From: Planctomycetota bacterium
GTDB lineage: Bacteria > Planctomycetota > UBA1135 > UBA2386
Direction of reading: 5' to 3'
DNA: 64,000 bases
Assembly (NCBI GenBank): GCA_965228735.1
Contig: OZ245838.1
Location: forward strand, 3,008,001 to 3,072,000
Made by a program: the position numbers and the translations under genes. Below the pieces are notes generated by a model. The model was not told where the DNA came from. It saw only the letters and a list, made by a program, of their open reading frames with translations, and searched no databases. Positions 1 through 9,042 of this stretch are shown here, one piece after another (position 1 is the stretch's first letter; each line of letters begins with the position of its first letter).

Positions 1-1
1 C

Positions 2-1966
2 AAGACCGCGAGCAGCCCCGCTCGCGTCGAGTTCGTCGTCGCCACCTTTCGACACCTCGAGATCGCCGTGACGGACCCGCAGGGTGACCCCGTCGCGGAC
101 GCGACGGTCCTCCTGGGTTCGAAGGAGGTCTCGGCGGCAGGCACGCTGGCAGCCGTCACGGACGCCAGCGGGCACGCTCGGATCGACTCGTTCGACCGAC
201 GCGACCTGGTGGCGGTCACGAAGGACGGCTGGCGCAGCACCCAGCGCCTGCCCGTGACGGCGGCCACCCCGATTCCCGGCGACGGCCGCCAGCGGCTCGC
301 GTTCGTGCTCGAACCACTCACGAACGGCGACACCATGCCGGGCCGCGTCGTCGACGCGCTCGGTCGCCCGATCGCTGGGGTTTCGATCCGTTGGCACAGC
401 GGCGGACGGCGCGAACGGCGAGGCGGTTTCCTGACGCGCCTGCCGGCACCGGACCGGGAACTCAGCGACCGAGCCGGTCGGTTCACGATACGCCATTGCG
501 GCCGGCCCGGGCGATTGGTCGCGCGCAAGAACGGGCTCGCCGACGTCTCGCGAACCATCGCGGCGGCCGACCTCGACACCTCGATCCTGGAGATCACGAT
601 GGTGGCGGAGTCGACGATCACGGGCTGGGTCCGCGACACGGCCGGCCAGGCGGTCGCCGGCGCGACGATCGTGGGGGCCGGGACCGATGGCATCGAATCC
701 ACCGCGCTAGCCGACGCAGCCGGCCGATTCGTGCTTAGTGGACTCAGTCCCATGCCCTCTCGATCGGAGTCCGGCCCCAAGGCCGAATCCGAGTCGGGGG
801 TCCGGGTCGCCGCGTTCCATCCGATCCACGGCGCCGCGCGCGCGTGGGTCCCGTGCTCCCACGCCTCGAGTGCGACCGTGAGCCTCACGCTGGCCGGCAC
901 CCGGATCCGCGGTCGGACTCGGCGAGGCCCGACTCCGGTGATCGGCGCGCGCATCCGGATCCAGGGCACGGTCCCGAGTTGGCGCGGGGAAGGCTGGGAC
1001 CACGAGGGCTACGAAGTCGAGTCCACGGCACCGGACGGCGAGTTCGTGATCGTTCGGCCGAACAGCGGTCGCTGGCGGCTCGTGGCCACTCCCCCGGACC
1101 GAGCAGAGGCTGTCGCCATCCCGGTGGAGTGGCAGGGCTCGCGCCTGCCGCAATACCTCGACATCGACCTGGCCGTGGCGGAGGCCGACGCGGGGACGGT
1201 TCGCCTGACCGTCGTCGGCGACGGCGGCGAACCGATCGACAGCTACTACCTCAGGCTGCGGCAAGAGGACGGTAAGGGAACGCAGTCCTTCTACTGTGGC
1301 GCCGAAGACGGCGGACTCGAGGCAAGGGTCCGGTCCGGAACCTACCGCGTCGCCATCAGCCCGCGCGGCGGTGGACTGGTGCAGGTCGTCGGCGAGGTCA
1401 CGATCGCGCCGAACGCGGTCGCCGACCTGGGTGAGGTTCGCGTCGCCGGGCCAGGGACGCTCCGAGGCACCCTCCAGCCCCCCGCCGGGACCACCGTGCC
1501 AGACGCCGTCTTCGGCCGCATCGTCGCCAAGAACCGCTCACCGATCGTCCACACTTGGACCGGTCCGTTCGGCCGCTGGCAAATGGACCATCTCGCACCC
1601 GGGCGCTACGAACTCGCGCCGGGAGAGCGATCGCTGATCGACTTCGAGCCACGGTCGATCGAGATCGGCCCCGGCGACAACGAGGAGATCCAGCTGTTCG
1701 GCCGCCCATGTTGGCGCGGCAGGGTCGAGGTTCTCCTGCCCGAGTCGAGCCTCGGCATCTGGTCGATACGGTACGAGAACTGCCACGGCGTGCCCGAACA
1801 ACGGATGTTCGACGCCAGTTCGGCCGTGAACGGCGTCGCCCGAATCGACGGCGTCCATCTGCGGCCCGGCGTCTCGAACGTCAGGGTCGACCGCCCCGGT
1901 GGCGCTGCCACCGATCACGAAGTGCAGACGACGGGAGCCCGCTTCTTGCGGCTGGACCTGCGATGA
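2..1966 (+). CDS. Carboxypeptidase-regulatory-like (beta-sandwich) repeat protein, 5'-truncated by the window edge
   Basis: Frame is open from base 2 to TGA at 1964-1966. It has repeated 'GRVVD..GRPIAGV.I', 'GWVRDTAGQAVAGATI' and 'ADAAGRFVL.GL' motifs. Confidence 0.7.
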   Translation, partial: KTASSPARVEFVVATFRHLEIAVTDPQGDPVADATVLLGSKEVSAAGTLAAVTDASGHARIDSFDRRDLVAVTKDGWRSTQRLPVTAATPIPGDGRQRLAFVLEPLTNGDTMPGRVVDALGRPIAGVSIRWHSGGRRERRGGFLTRLPAPDRELSDRAGRFTIRHCGRPGRLVARKNGLADVSRTIAAADLDTSILEITMVAESTITGWVRDTAGQAVAGATIVGAGTDGIESTALADAAGRFVLSGLSPMPSRSESGPKAESESGVRVAAFHPIHGAARAWVPCSHASSATVSLTLAGTRIRGRTRRGPTPVIGARIRIQGTVPSWRGEGWDHEGYEVESTAPDGEFVIVRPNSGRWRLVATPPDRAEAVAIPVEWQGSRLPQYLDIDLAVAEADAGTVRLTVVGDGGEPIDSYYLRLRQEDGKGTQSFYCGAEDGGLEARVRSGTYRVAISPRGGGLVQVVGEVTIAPNAVADLGEVRVAGPGTLRGTLQPPAGTTVPDAVFGRIVAKNRSPIVHTWTGPFGRWQMDHLAPGRYELAPGERSLIDFEPRSIEIGPGDNEEIQLFGRPCWRGRVEVLLPESSLGIWSIRYENCHGVPEQRMFDASSAVNGVARIDGVHLRPGVSNVRVDRPGGAATDHEVQTTGARFLRLDLR

Positions 1967-2796
1967 GCGGTGCGACAGGTCACTCGCAACGCGGCCTGGT
2001 CGAGGTGCTCGCCACCAGCGGCTGGGGGGCGCTGCTGGTCTTCGGAGGCGCCGCCAAGCTCCGGCGGTGCGACCCGCGAGATGCGCACGTCACCTGGCTG
2101 ATCGAACAGGTGCTGCCCGGCGTGGCCTGTGAAGTCCTGATCGCACTCGAGTTCACGCTCGGCGCCGTCATTCTGTTCGGCCCCCGCACGCGGGCGTTCT
2201 GGCTGAGTTGCGTCACCGGCGGGATCTGTGTGCTGGCCCACATCGGACTCTGGTTCGTCAACGGCAACGTCGATTGCGGGTGCCTCGGTGAAGTCCGGGT
2301 CTCGCACGTGATCATGGCGGTGACTGCCGGCAGCCTCGTCGCCTTGGCAGCGCTCGGTCGAACTCGGGGACCGGTCGTGCCAGGAGCAGAACGAGCCGCT
2401 CCCGTCGCCGCCATTGGCCTGGCGCTCGCGCTTGCCTTCTGGGTCGGCGGCAACACGACATCACCGAGTCGGTGGCTGCCGCTGCTGGACGGGTTCGCTG
2501 CGAGCGGGGACATCGTGCTCTTCGGATCCTCGTCATGCGAGGTATGCACGGCGATCACGAGCCACGGCGGCATGCTGGTCGAAGGCCGCGAGTATCCGCT
2601 CGAAGCAGTCGTCCTGGTCCATCGGCGGGGCGATGGGACGGTCCACGGCCATGAGCTCTACAAAGGCAACGTCACGATTCCCGAGCCCGCATGGTGGGCC
2701 GCGGTCGGGGCCGCAGCTCCCGCTGCCTACGAGATCACGGCGGCCGGGGCACGTCGCGTCGAAGTCAGCCGATCGCAACTCCGGCGTAGCCGCTGA
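1963..2796 (+). CDS. MauE/DoxX-like membrane protein with C-terminal CxxC thioredoxin-like segment
   Basis: ATGA overlap with the upstream stop. It has several hydrophobic helices, a MauE-type 'DCGCLG' motif and a downstream 'SSSCEVC'. Confidence 0.6.
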   Translation: MSGATGHSQRGLVEVLATSGWGALLVFGGAAKLRRCDPRDAHVTWLIEQVLPGVACEVLIALEFTLGAVILFGPRTRAFWLSCVTGGICVLAHIGLWFVNGNVDCGCLGEVRVSHVIMAVTAGSLVALAALGRTRGPVVPGAERAAPVAAIGLALALAFWVGGNTTSPSRWLPLLDGFAASGDIVLFGSSSCEVCTAITSHGGMLVEGREYPLEAVVLVHRRGDGTVHGHELYKGNVTIPEPAWWAAVGAAAPAAYEITAAGARRVEVSRSQLRRSR

Positions 2797-2886
2797 TCCA
2801 CGCGCATCGGTTCGGCTTCGGACGAACGCCGCGATCGTCGCATGCCACCTCGACGGCGGCAGCGACTCGCACGAGCTTGCGCTTGC

Positions 2887-5553
2887 TCACAGCGCGATGT
2901 CATTGACATCGTCGTAGCGCAACTGCAGCGGGATCCGGTGGACGACCTCGTCGTCGTCGTTCAGCAGCTGCAGTTCGACCGCCGTGTCCGGCACCTGGTA
3001 GACGGGTGAGCCACCCGATCGCACGGCCAGCCGGCGGAACGAGGAGATGACGTCCGGGCGGTGGACCGTGGTCACGATGGCCTGGCCCGCGGCATCCACG
3101 ACCTGCAGCTGCGTCACGCCGGCGGGGAACGTTCCGACGAGGCGGAACTTGCCCTGGCGCGCGACGACGATGCGCCCGTCGGCCCCGGGCGCGGGCACGT
3201 CGTGCGTGCCATCGACGATCCCGGGGCCGGTGAGCCACAGCCGCACCCCGCGCTGCGGACAATCGGTCACGCGCCACCGCCCTGCTGCATCGGTGCTCCC
3301 GGCCCGCGGCAGGGAGATGAACGTCGAGCTCGACGGTCCGCGCTCCGTCGTCGCGGTCACCGCGACCCGCACACCCTCGACCGGCTGGCCGAAACGGTCG
3401 ACGACCATGCCCGACAGCTCCGGCAGGATCGCGTCGACCGGCGCGCGCAGCACGACGTCGGTCGACCCGGCGGCAATCGGACCCGACTCGATCACGAGCA
3501 GCGACGTCGGTTCGACGATACGCAGCGAATACTCGCGCGGCAGGAGCGAGCCGATCTCGAAGGACCCGTCCGCGCCCGTCAACCACTCGCCGCCGCGCTG
3601 CCGCCCGTCGAGCCAGGCCTCGAGCGAACCGGTGAACGTGCCCCACGTCGTGCCGTCGTCGAGATAGACGTTGGCCTTCGCGAGTGGCTCGCCGTCCGGA
3701 CCGAGTGCGCGGCCACGGATCGTGAGCGGCTCGCCGCCGAGCGTCAGTGTCAGGTCCCGCCCGGCCGCGCGGTCGGCGCGCAACCGCGGCGCCAGCCCGT
3801 CCATGACCGCCGGCTGGAAGCCGACGAGGTGCGCCGTCACGGGTCCATCGAACCCGCTGCCGCCGATCTCGAACTCGAACCGCCCGTTCGCGTCGGCGGT
3901 CGCTCCCGTGCTGCCGAAGCGCACGTAGGCCTCGGCCGCGGGTCGACCGTCCGCGTGCCGGACGACGCCGGACACGATGGTGCGCTCGCTCGCCGGCGCG
4001 GCCCGCAGGGTCCAGGTGACGGGCGGCACGACCTCGTCCGCCGGAGTCGACAGCGTCACGTGACCGCGCTTCTGCGCCGTGACCCGCAGCAGCGCGTGGG
4101 CCGGAACCGTCCCGAGGTCGAACGTCCCGTCCGCGCTCGAGCTGTCGCTGAACGATCGATACCCCGACGAGTGCTCGAACCGCTGCGCGATGCCGGGCAG
4201 CGACTCGATGCTGTAGCCGACGCTGACGTACGCATCGTCGATCCCCGCCCCGTGGTCGTCGACGATGCGACCCGCAACGTGAACGGCCGGCCCGACGATC
4301 ATCGTCACCTGGCGGTCGTTCGGCAGCACGCCGTAGCCGTAGAGGATCCAGTCCGTCCCTGCGATGCGCAGATACTCGGCTTCGTCCGTGCCGACGATCT
4401 CGAACTGCCCGCGGCCATCGGTCGCGGCGCGCGGCCGCGTCGCCGTGCCGAGGAGCAACTGCTCGACGAACTCCGCATCGTGGCCGAACTGGCTCGCGAA
4501 ATGACGCCGCGCGGGTTCGATGGTGCGCAGCTGCTGCAGGTGGCCAGGCTCGAGCGTCATCGACATGTTCGGCCAACGCAGCTCGTTGCCGACGAGCTGC
4601 GGCAACTTCGGATCGAAGTGCACGACCTCGATGCCGGGCAGCGGCCGACCATCGACGGTCAGCACCTGACCCGCGAAGCGACCGCCCTCGGTCGGCGCGT
4701 CGACGTCCGTAGTCGATTCCGCAGCGGTCGCGACCGCTTCCCGCGTGGGTCTCGGATCCGCCGCGACGTCGGCGCGTTGGACGTTCGCCGCCGCCGTTGC
4801 CGTGGACCGGCCGGTCGAATCCGGCACGGGCTCGCGCCAGTCGACGCCGATGACTTCGAGACCGAGAACGAGCGCCAGCACGGCGCCCACGAGCGGCAAC
4901 ATCCACTTCATCGTGAGGCTCCCCAGGAGAACGATCATGGGAACGCCAGCACCGGCCGCAGCAGCGGTCGCCTTCGCCGCCCCGCGGGCGGAGAACAGCG
5001 GCAGCAACGCGGCACACCAGGCCTGCCGGTCGCCGAACTCGTCGTCGAGCCGCGCCCGCATGCGCTCGAGCCCGCGCTGGAGCTGCGTGCGCACCGTGTT
5101 CACGGGGCGGTCGAGACGTTCGGCGATCTGCCGCGGCTCGAGGTCGTCGAAGAAGCGGAGCAGCACCACGGTGTGATACGGCTCGTCGAGCTCGAACAGC
5201 TCGTCGACGAGGCGCTTGTGCGCGGCCGCGCGTTGCGCGGCCTCGGCCGGATCGTCGCTCGGGTCGTGCGCGCGAGCGGCCACCGATTCGGCGGCGACCG
5301 TTGCCTCACGACGACGACGACGACCGTCCTGGCGACCAAACCCGCGCGCGGCGTTCTTCGCGACCCGCGCGAGCCAACCCTTGGGATTGGTCAACGCGCG
5401 GGGCGGCCGCGTCATGGCCTCGAGCATCGTCTGCTGCGCGACGTCGTCGGCGCGCGAAGGATCGGCCACGAGGCTGCGCGCGAGCGCGCGGACCCAGTCC
5501 TGGTGGGCGAGCAGAGTGGCGATGGTCGAATCGGTTCCGGTCATGGCGTTCAC
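2887..5553 (-). CDS. ECF (sigma-70 family) sigma factor fused to a TM helix and extracytoplasmic carboxypeptidase-regulatory-like repeats
   Basis: N-terminal region 2 'WVRALARSLV.D...ADDVAQQTMLEA...GWLARVAKN' and region 4 'LDEPYHTVVLLRFFDDL...IAERLDRPVNTVRTQLQRG', then a TM segment 'WMLPLVGAVLALVLGL' and beta-sandwich repeats. Start is GTG 5553 or ATG 5544. Confidence 0.85.
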   Translation of the reverse strand: MNAMTGTDSTIATLLAHQDWVRALARSLVADPSRADDVAQQTMLEAMTRPPRALTNPKGWLARVAKNAARGFGRQDGRRRRREATVAAESVAARAHDPSDDPAEAAQRAAAHKRLVDELFELDEPYHTVVLLRFFDDLEPRQIAERLDRPVNTVRTQLQRGLERMRARLDDEFGDRQAWCAALLPLFSARGAAKATAAAAGAGVPMIVLLGSLTMKWMLPLVGAVLALVLGLEVIGVDWREPVPDSTGRSTATAAANVQRADVAADPRPTREAVATAAESTTDVDAPTEGGRFAGQVLTVDGRPLPGIEVVHFDPKLPQLVGNELRWPNMSMTLEPGHLQQLRTIEPARRHFASQFGHDAEFVEQLLLGTATRPRAATDGRGQFEIVGTDEAEYLRIAGTDWILYGYGVLPNDRQVTMIVGPAVHVAGRIVDDHGAGIDDAYVSVGYSIESLPGIAQRFEHSSGYRSFSDSSSADGTFDLGTVPAHALLRVTAQKRGHVTLSTPADEVVPPVTWTLRAAPASERTIVSGVVRHADGRPAAEAYVRFGSTGATADANGRFEFEIGGSGFDGPVTAHLVGFQPAVMDGLAPRLRADRAAGRDLTLTLGGEPLTIRGRALGPDGEPLAKANVYLDDGTTWGTFTGSLEAWLDGRQRGGEWLTGADGSFEIGSLLPREYSLRIVEPTSLLVIESGPIAAGSTDVVLRAPVDAILPELSGMVVDRFGQPVEGVRVAVTATTERGPSSSTFISLPRAGSTDAAGRWRVTDCPQRGVRLWLTGPGIVDGTHDVPAPGADGRIVVARQGKFRLVGTFPAGVTQLQVVDAAGQAIVTTVHRPDVISSFRRLAVRSGGSPVYQVPDTAVELQLLNDDDEVVHRIPLQLRYDDVNDIAL

Positions 5554-5559
5554 GACCCC

Positions 5560-5588
5560 AGTGCCGCGGGGCCGCGAGCGGACTCACG
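5560..5588 (-). promoter_or_regulatory. Candidate ECF promoter, copy 1 (CGTGAGTCC-N13-CGGCACT)
   Basis: Same bipartite motif and 13-nt spacer as three other copies. It ends 6 nt before the GTG of the sigma fusion. Confidence 0.65.
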
Positions 5589-5648
5589 AATACCCCGATT
5601 CTACCCCGACCTCGGCCAGGATCTCGCAAGACCCGACTGACAAGGTGG

Positions 5649-6929
5649 TTACGACCAGGCGTCGAGCAGCCGCCGGCACTCGGCGAGCAGCCAATCGGAC
5701 TCTTCGAACGGCCGCAGGCTGATGTCCTGCCACAGGATGCGCCCCTTCGGATCGACGAGGAACGTGCCGTGCAGCGCTTCGTCCGAGAACTCGTCCCAGC
5801 AGTTCCACTGCTTGAACACCGCGCCCTGCGGGTCGCACAGGACTTCGAAGTGCAGCGGATCGACGCCGTTCTCCTGCGCCGCCTGCCACGCCGCGCGCAC
5901 GGCGTTCTGATCGTCGGTGCCGATCGTCACGACCTCGATCCCGGCGGCGTTGAACTTCGGGGTCTTGGGTTCCAGCTCGACCAGCTGGGCGACGCAGTGC
6001 GCTCAACCAAAGCCGAGGAAGAACACGACGAGCACGGGTTTGCCCGCGTAGTCGGCGAGCTTGCCGCGACCGTTGAGGCCGCGGGGGAGATCGAATGCCG
6101 GGGCCTGCTGCGGCTGCCATTCCAAGCCGTCCTCACTGCCACCCATCAGGACCGTCAGCTTCGACAAGTGGCCGTCCGGGAGCCAAAGCCGTGGGAAGTG
6201 CAGCTGCGGATGCCGCGGCAGCCGCGGCGCCACCCGCGTGTTCAGGTCCAGGCGCGCACTACCGAGGCCGCCCACGGACTCGCTGTAGCCGGGAACCAGG
6301 AACGGCATCGCGGCCATCCGCCGCATGTAGCCGTTGGCCGCCGAGTAGAACGCTTCGAACGTCGCCAGCGATGGTGACGAGTCACCATCGCAGCCCGCCC
6401 TCGTCTTGGGCCCCAATGTTCGAGCCTGCTCGAATCCCGCGAGCCTCGCGGCCAACGAGCCGTCGATCTCGCGCAGCCGCGCAATCAGCGTCTCGGCACG
6501 CTCGACGGGCTCCTTCTGAAAACCCGCATCGACGAGCTCCGGCTGCCGATCGACTCCGAAGTACTCCCGATACGCTGCGACGATGGCCGCTTCGGGCGCC
6601 GGCGCCTTGCCGACGAACTTGTTCGCCTGCCACACGAGCCGCGCCGCGCGGTTGTTGTTCGACCGCAACGACAGCGCGAGCCCGAGATGCGCGATCGCCC
6701 GCTCCGGCTCGCGATGCGCGAGCTCGCGGAACATGCGGGCCGCCTCCCAGCCCCAACCCGCGGCGAGCCGTTCGAGGCCCGCGTCGAGCAGTTCGGTGCT
6801 CGACAATGCCGGATCCGGCCGGCGCCACGGCAGGTCCCGCGCCAGATCCTGCGCTCGCAACGGTGCTACCGCGCACGTCACGAGCAGCACGACCGTCGCG
6901 ACGGCGCGGAAACGAACTTCGGTTCGCAT
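5649..6929 (-). CDS. Secreted TPR + AhpC/TSA (redoxin) protein, predicted selenoprotein (U-x-x-C; TGA at 6005-6003)
   Basis: ORFs 6003-6929 and 5649-5930 are in the same frame, separated by a single TGA: ...VLVVFFLGFG-[TGA]-AHCVAQLVELEPKTPKFNAAGIEVVTIGTD...LHGTFLVDPKGRILW. The redoxin fold continues across the TGA, which sits at the first Cys of CxxC, and a hairpin follows. Confidence 0.85.
5972..5988 (-). promoter_or_regulatory. Candidate bacterial SECIS hairpin (CCAGCU-GGUCG-AGCUGG)
   Basis: Perfect 6-bp stem with a 5-nt GU-containing loop at +15 to +31 after the in-frame UGA. Confidence 0.7.
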
Positions 6930-7209
6930 GCGGAAAGCTTAGCCTCGGCGGCGCTTCCGACCACCGGCGCCGCCGTCACGATCGCGTCCCGAAACCTTAC
7001 CGTGGCACGCCGCTATAGTCGGGCGCACTTGCCGGCACTCGCGCCGGCCAACCTCGTCCCTTCTCGCCCCATCGTGCCGGACCGCCCTCCGAGGCGGCGC
7101 GCGGCCACTTTTCTCAGAATCCGACAACTTCGCGAACCGGTCCCGACACCGATGTTCCGAAGCGGCCCCCTCGAAGGCCACTCGCCCCCGATTCTCCCGA
7201 TATCTACCG

Positions 7210-8931
7210 ATGCGGATACCCCTATCTCTCGCCGGCCTTCTCCTGGCCAGCTCTCCCGCGCTCGCGCAGACGCTCGTCCTGCTCGGGGCGCAATCGCCCG
7301 GCGCCGAGCCCAACCACGACGACCCGTACGTGCTCGTCCAATCGCGACCGTGGTCGTCGCCATCGTTTCCGGCAGGGCTCGTCGGCGATCTGCGAACGGT
7401 CAGGTTCACGGGCCACGTCGTGCCCGACGTCATCACGATCATGAACCAGCGCGTCGTGCTGTGCGACGCCCCGGGCATTCACGACACGTGCGGCTGGCTG
7501 ACGCCCACCGGGCAGGACCCGGTCTACGCGGTGGCCGCGCTGCCCGGCCACGGCGTCGCCGGCGGTGATCACCCGACACTCGACGCCATCCTGACCGCGA
7601 CGAGCAATGGCCTCGTCCGCCTTCGGATGGGAAGCGCCGCCGTGGTCTCCGCACCAGTCGCCGACGCGACCTGGAACGACGTGCGCATGCTCGCCACCCA
7701 CCCGGATGACGCCACCGTCGTGTACGGCGTGACTTCGTCGGGCGCGGGCCGGATCGGGACGTACGACTCGATCACCGACGACTTCGTGTCGACCTCGCCC
7801 GCCGCTTTCGATCACTCGACGAGCACGGTCATCGACATCGAGTGCGTGAACTGGGACAACGACAGCAACGGCGAGAGCGAGGTCGCGGTCCTCACGGTCG
7901 ACGGTCTCTTCGTGCACGATCGCCTCGGGGCCGTCGTCGCGTCGTTCCCGTTCGTGACGACGATGGCCGCCGACATCGCCCGATTGCACTCGGGCGCCAA
8001 CGCGGTGGACGATCCCGGCACGCCGTCGATCACCGAAGTTCCCGAGAGCATCGCCTGCCTGCGGCCGGCCGCCGGTGGCGGCAGCGAGCTCGCGCTCTTC
8101 AGCTCGTTCGAGACCCAGAGCGTGCCGCTGAACGGCGAAAGCTACGTCGGCGTCGTCGCCGGTGACTGGAGCGGTGACGGCAACGAGGAGCTCGTGCTCT
8201 CGACGTCCCAGAACATCTACGTCTCGGTGTTGACGAACCATGCCGCCGGCAGCGGCGCGACCGACTTCTTCTACGGCGCTGCGACCGCGTTCCACGTCGC
8301 CGTTGCAGCAACGGCCAACCGGGCACACAACGGCTCCGCCGGCGTCATGGCCGACTTCGACGCCGATGGCGACCAGGACCTGTTCGCGGCGCTCGCGATC
8401 GAGAATCCGGGCGGCGAGAGCAGCGCGCCAGCGTACTCGCTCGTCGACAGCAAGCTGATCCACGTCGAGCCCAACGCCACACCGCTGTATCCGGTCGACA
8501 TCGCCTACACCGAGGACATTCACCAGATCCACGGCCAGCTGCACTTCGAGTTCGACGCGCCGGGCGGATCGAGCACGCATACGGAGATCGTGCTGTGGCC
8601 GGTGGTCGACGGCCAGATCGACATCACCCATTCGCAGCGGCGTTCCGCGCGCGTGCCCAACGGCCCCCCGGGAACGCGAATGCGGCAGACGATCGACATC
8701 GACCGCAGCTTCCTCGTGATTCACGAAGCGCAGTACGCCTGTATGGTGCGACCGATCAGCATGGCCAACGACAAGGTGACCGACGTCACGATGGCCACGC
8801 TGTTCGTGACCGGTTTCGGCTACCCGAAGGACGGCAACGGCAACCTGACGCCGCCGCCGAGCCCGCCGCCGCCGAGCGAACCCCTGCCGCCAGGCGACGA
8901 TCCCGAAGACCCGCCGTCGAACGGCGGTTAA
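7210..8931 (+). CDS. Secreted FG-GAP/VCBS-repeat protein with Pro/Asp-rich C-terminal tail
   Basis: Signal peptide MRIPLSLAGLLLASSPALA; repeats 'NWDNDSNGESEV', 'GDWSGDGNEELV', 'ADFDADGDQDLF'; tail PPPSPPPPSEPLPPGDDPEDPP. Confidence 0.75.
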   Translation: MRIPLSLAGLLLASSPALAQTLVLLGAQSPGAEPNHDDPYVLVQSRPWSSPSFPAGLVGDLRTVRFTGHVVPDVITIMNQRVVLCDAPGIHDTCGWLTPTGQDPVYAVAALPGHGVAGGDHPTLDAILTATSNGLVRLRMGSAAVVSAPVADATWNDVRMLATHPDDATVVYGVTSSGAGRIGTYDSITDDFVSTSPAAFDHSTSTVIDIECVNWDNDSNGESEVAVLTVDGLFVHDRLGAVVASFPFVTTMAADIARLHSGANAVDDPGTPSITEVPESIACLRPAAGGGSELALFSSFETQSVPLNGESYVGVVAGDWSGDGNEELVLSTSQNIYVSVLTNHAAGSGATDFFYGAATAFHVAVAATANRAHNGSAGVMADFDADGDQDLFAALAIENPGGESSAPAYSLVDSKLIHVEPNATPLYPVDIAYTEDIHQIHGQLHFEFDAPGGSSTHTEIVLWPVVDGQIDITHSQRRSARVPNGPPGTRMRQTIDIDRSFLVIHEAQYACMVRPISMANDKVTDVTMATLFVTGFGYPKDGNGNLTPPPSPPPPSEPLPPGDDPEDPPSNGG

Positions 8932-9042
8932 CCCACCTCGCTCTCGCTTCGCAGGCGGTCGCCCGATGCCGGCCGCCGCAGCACCTCACGGACGATCGCG
9001 TCGCCCTGGCGCGTGAGCCGGAGGAGCGAAACGGGCCGGCGC

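Noticed and set aside
3061..5640. Long antisense or alternate-frame ORFs (e.g. 3061-5640, 14090-16966, 23871-26495, 39808-42141, 53155-55884)
   Set aside because: They are Arg/Ala/Pro-rich shadows overlapping recognisable genes and have no motifs of their own.
6003..6005. Genome-wide TGA reassignment (Trp/Gly) as the explanation for the in-frame TGAs
   Set aside because: Many well-recognised genes here (purK, purE, DAACS transporter, ygiQ, crotonase) end at TGA at their expected C-termini, so TGA is normally a stop.
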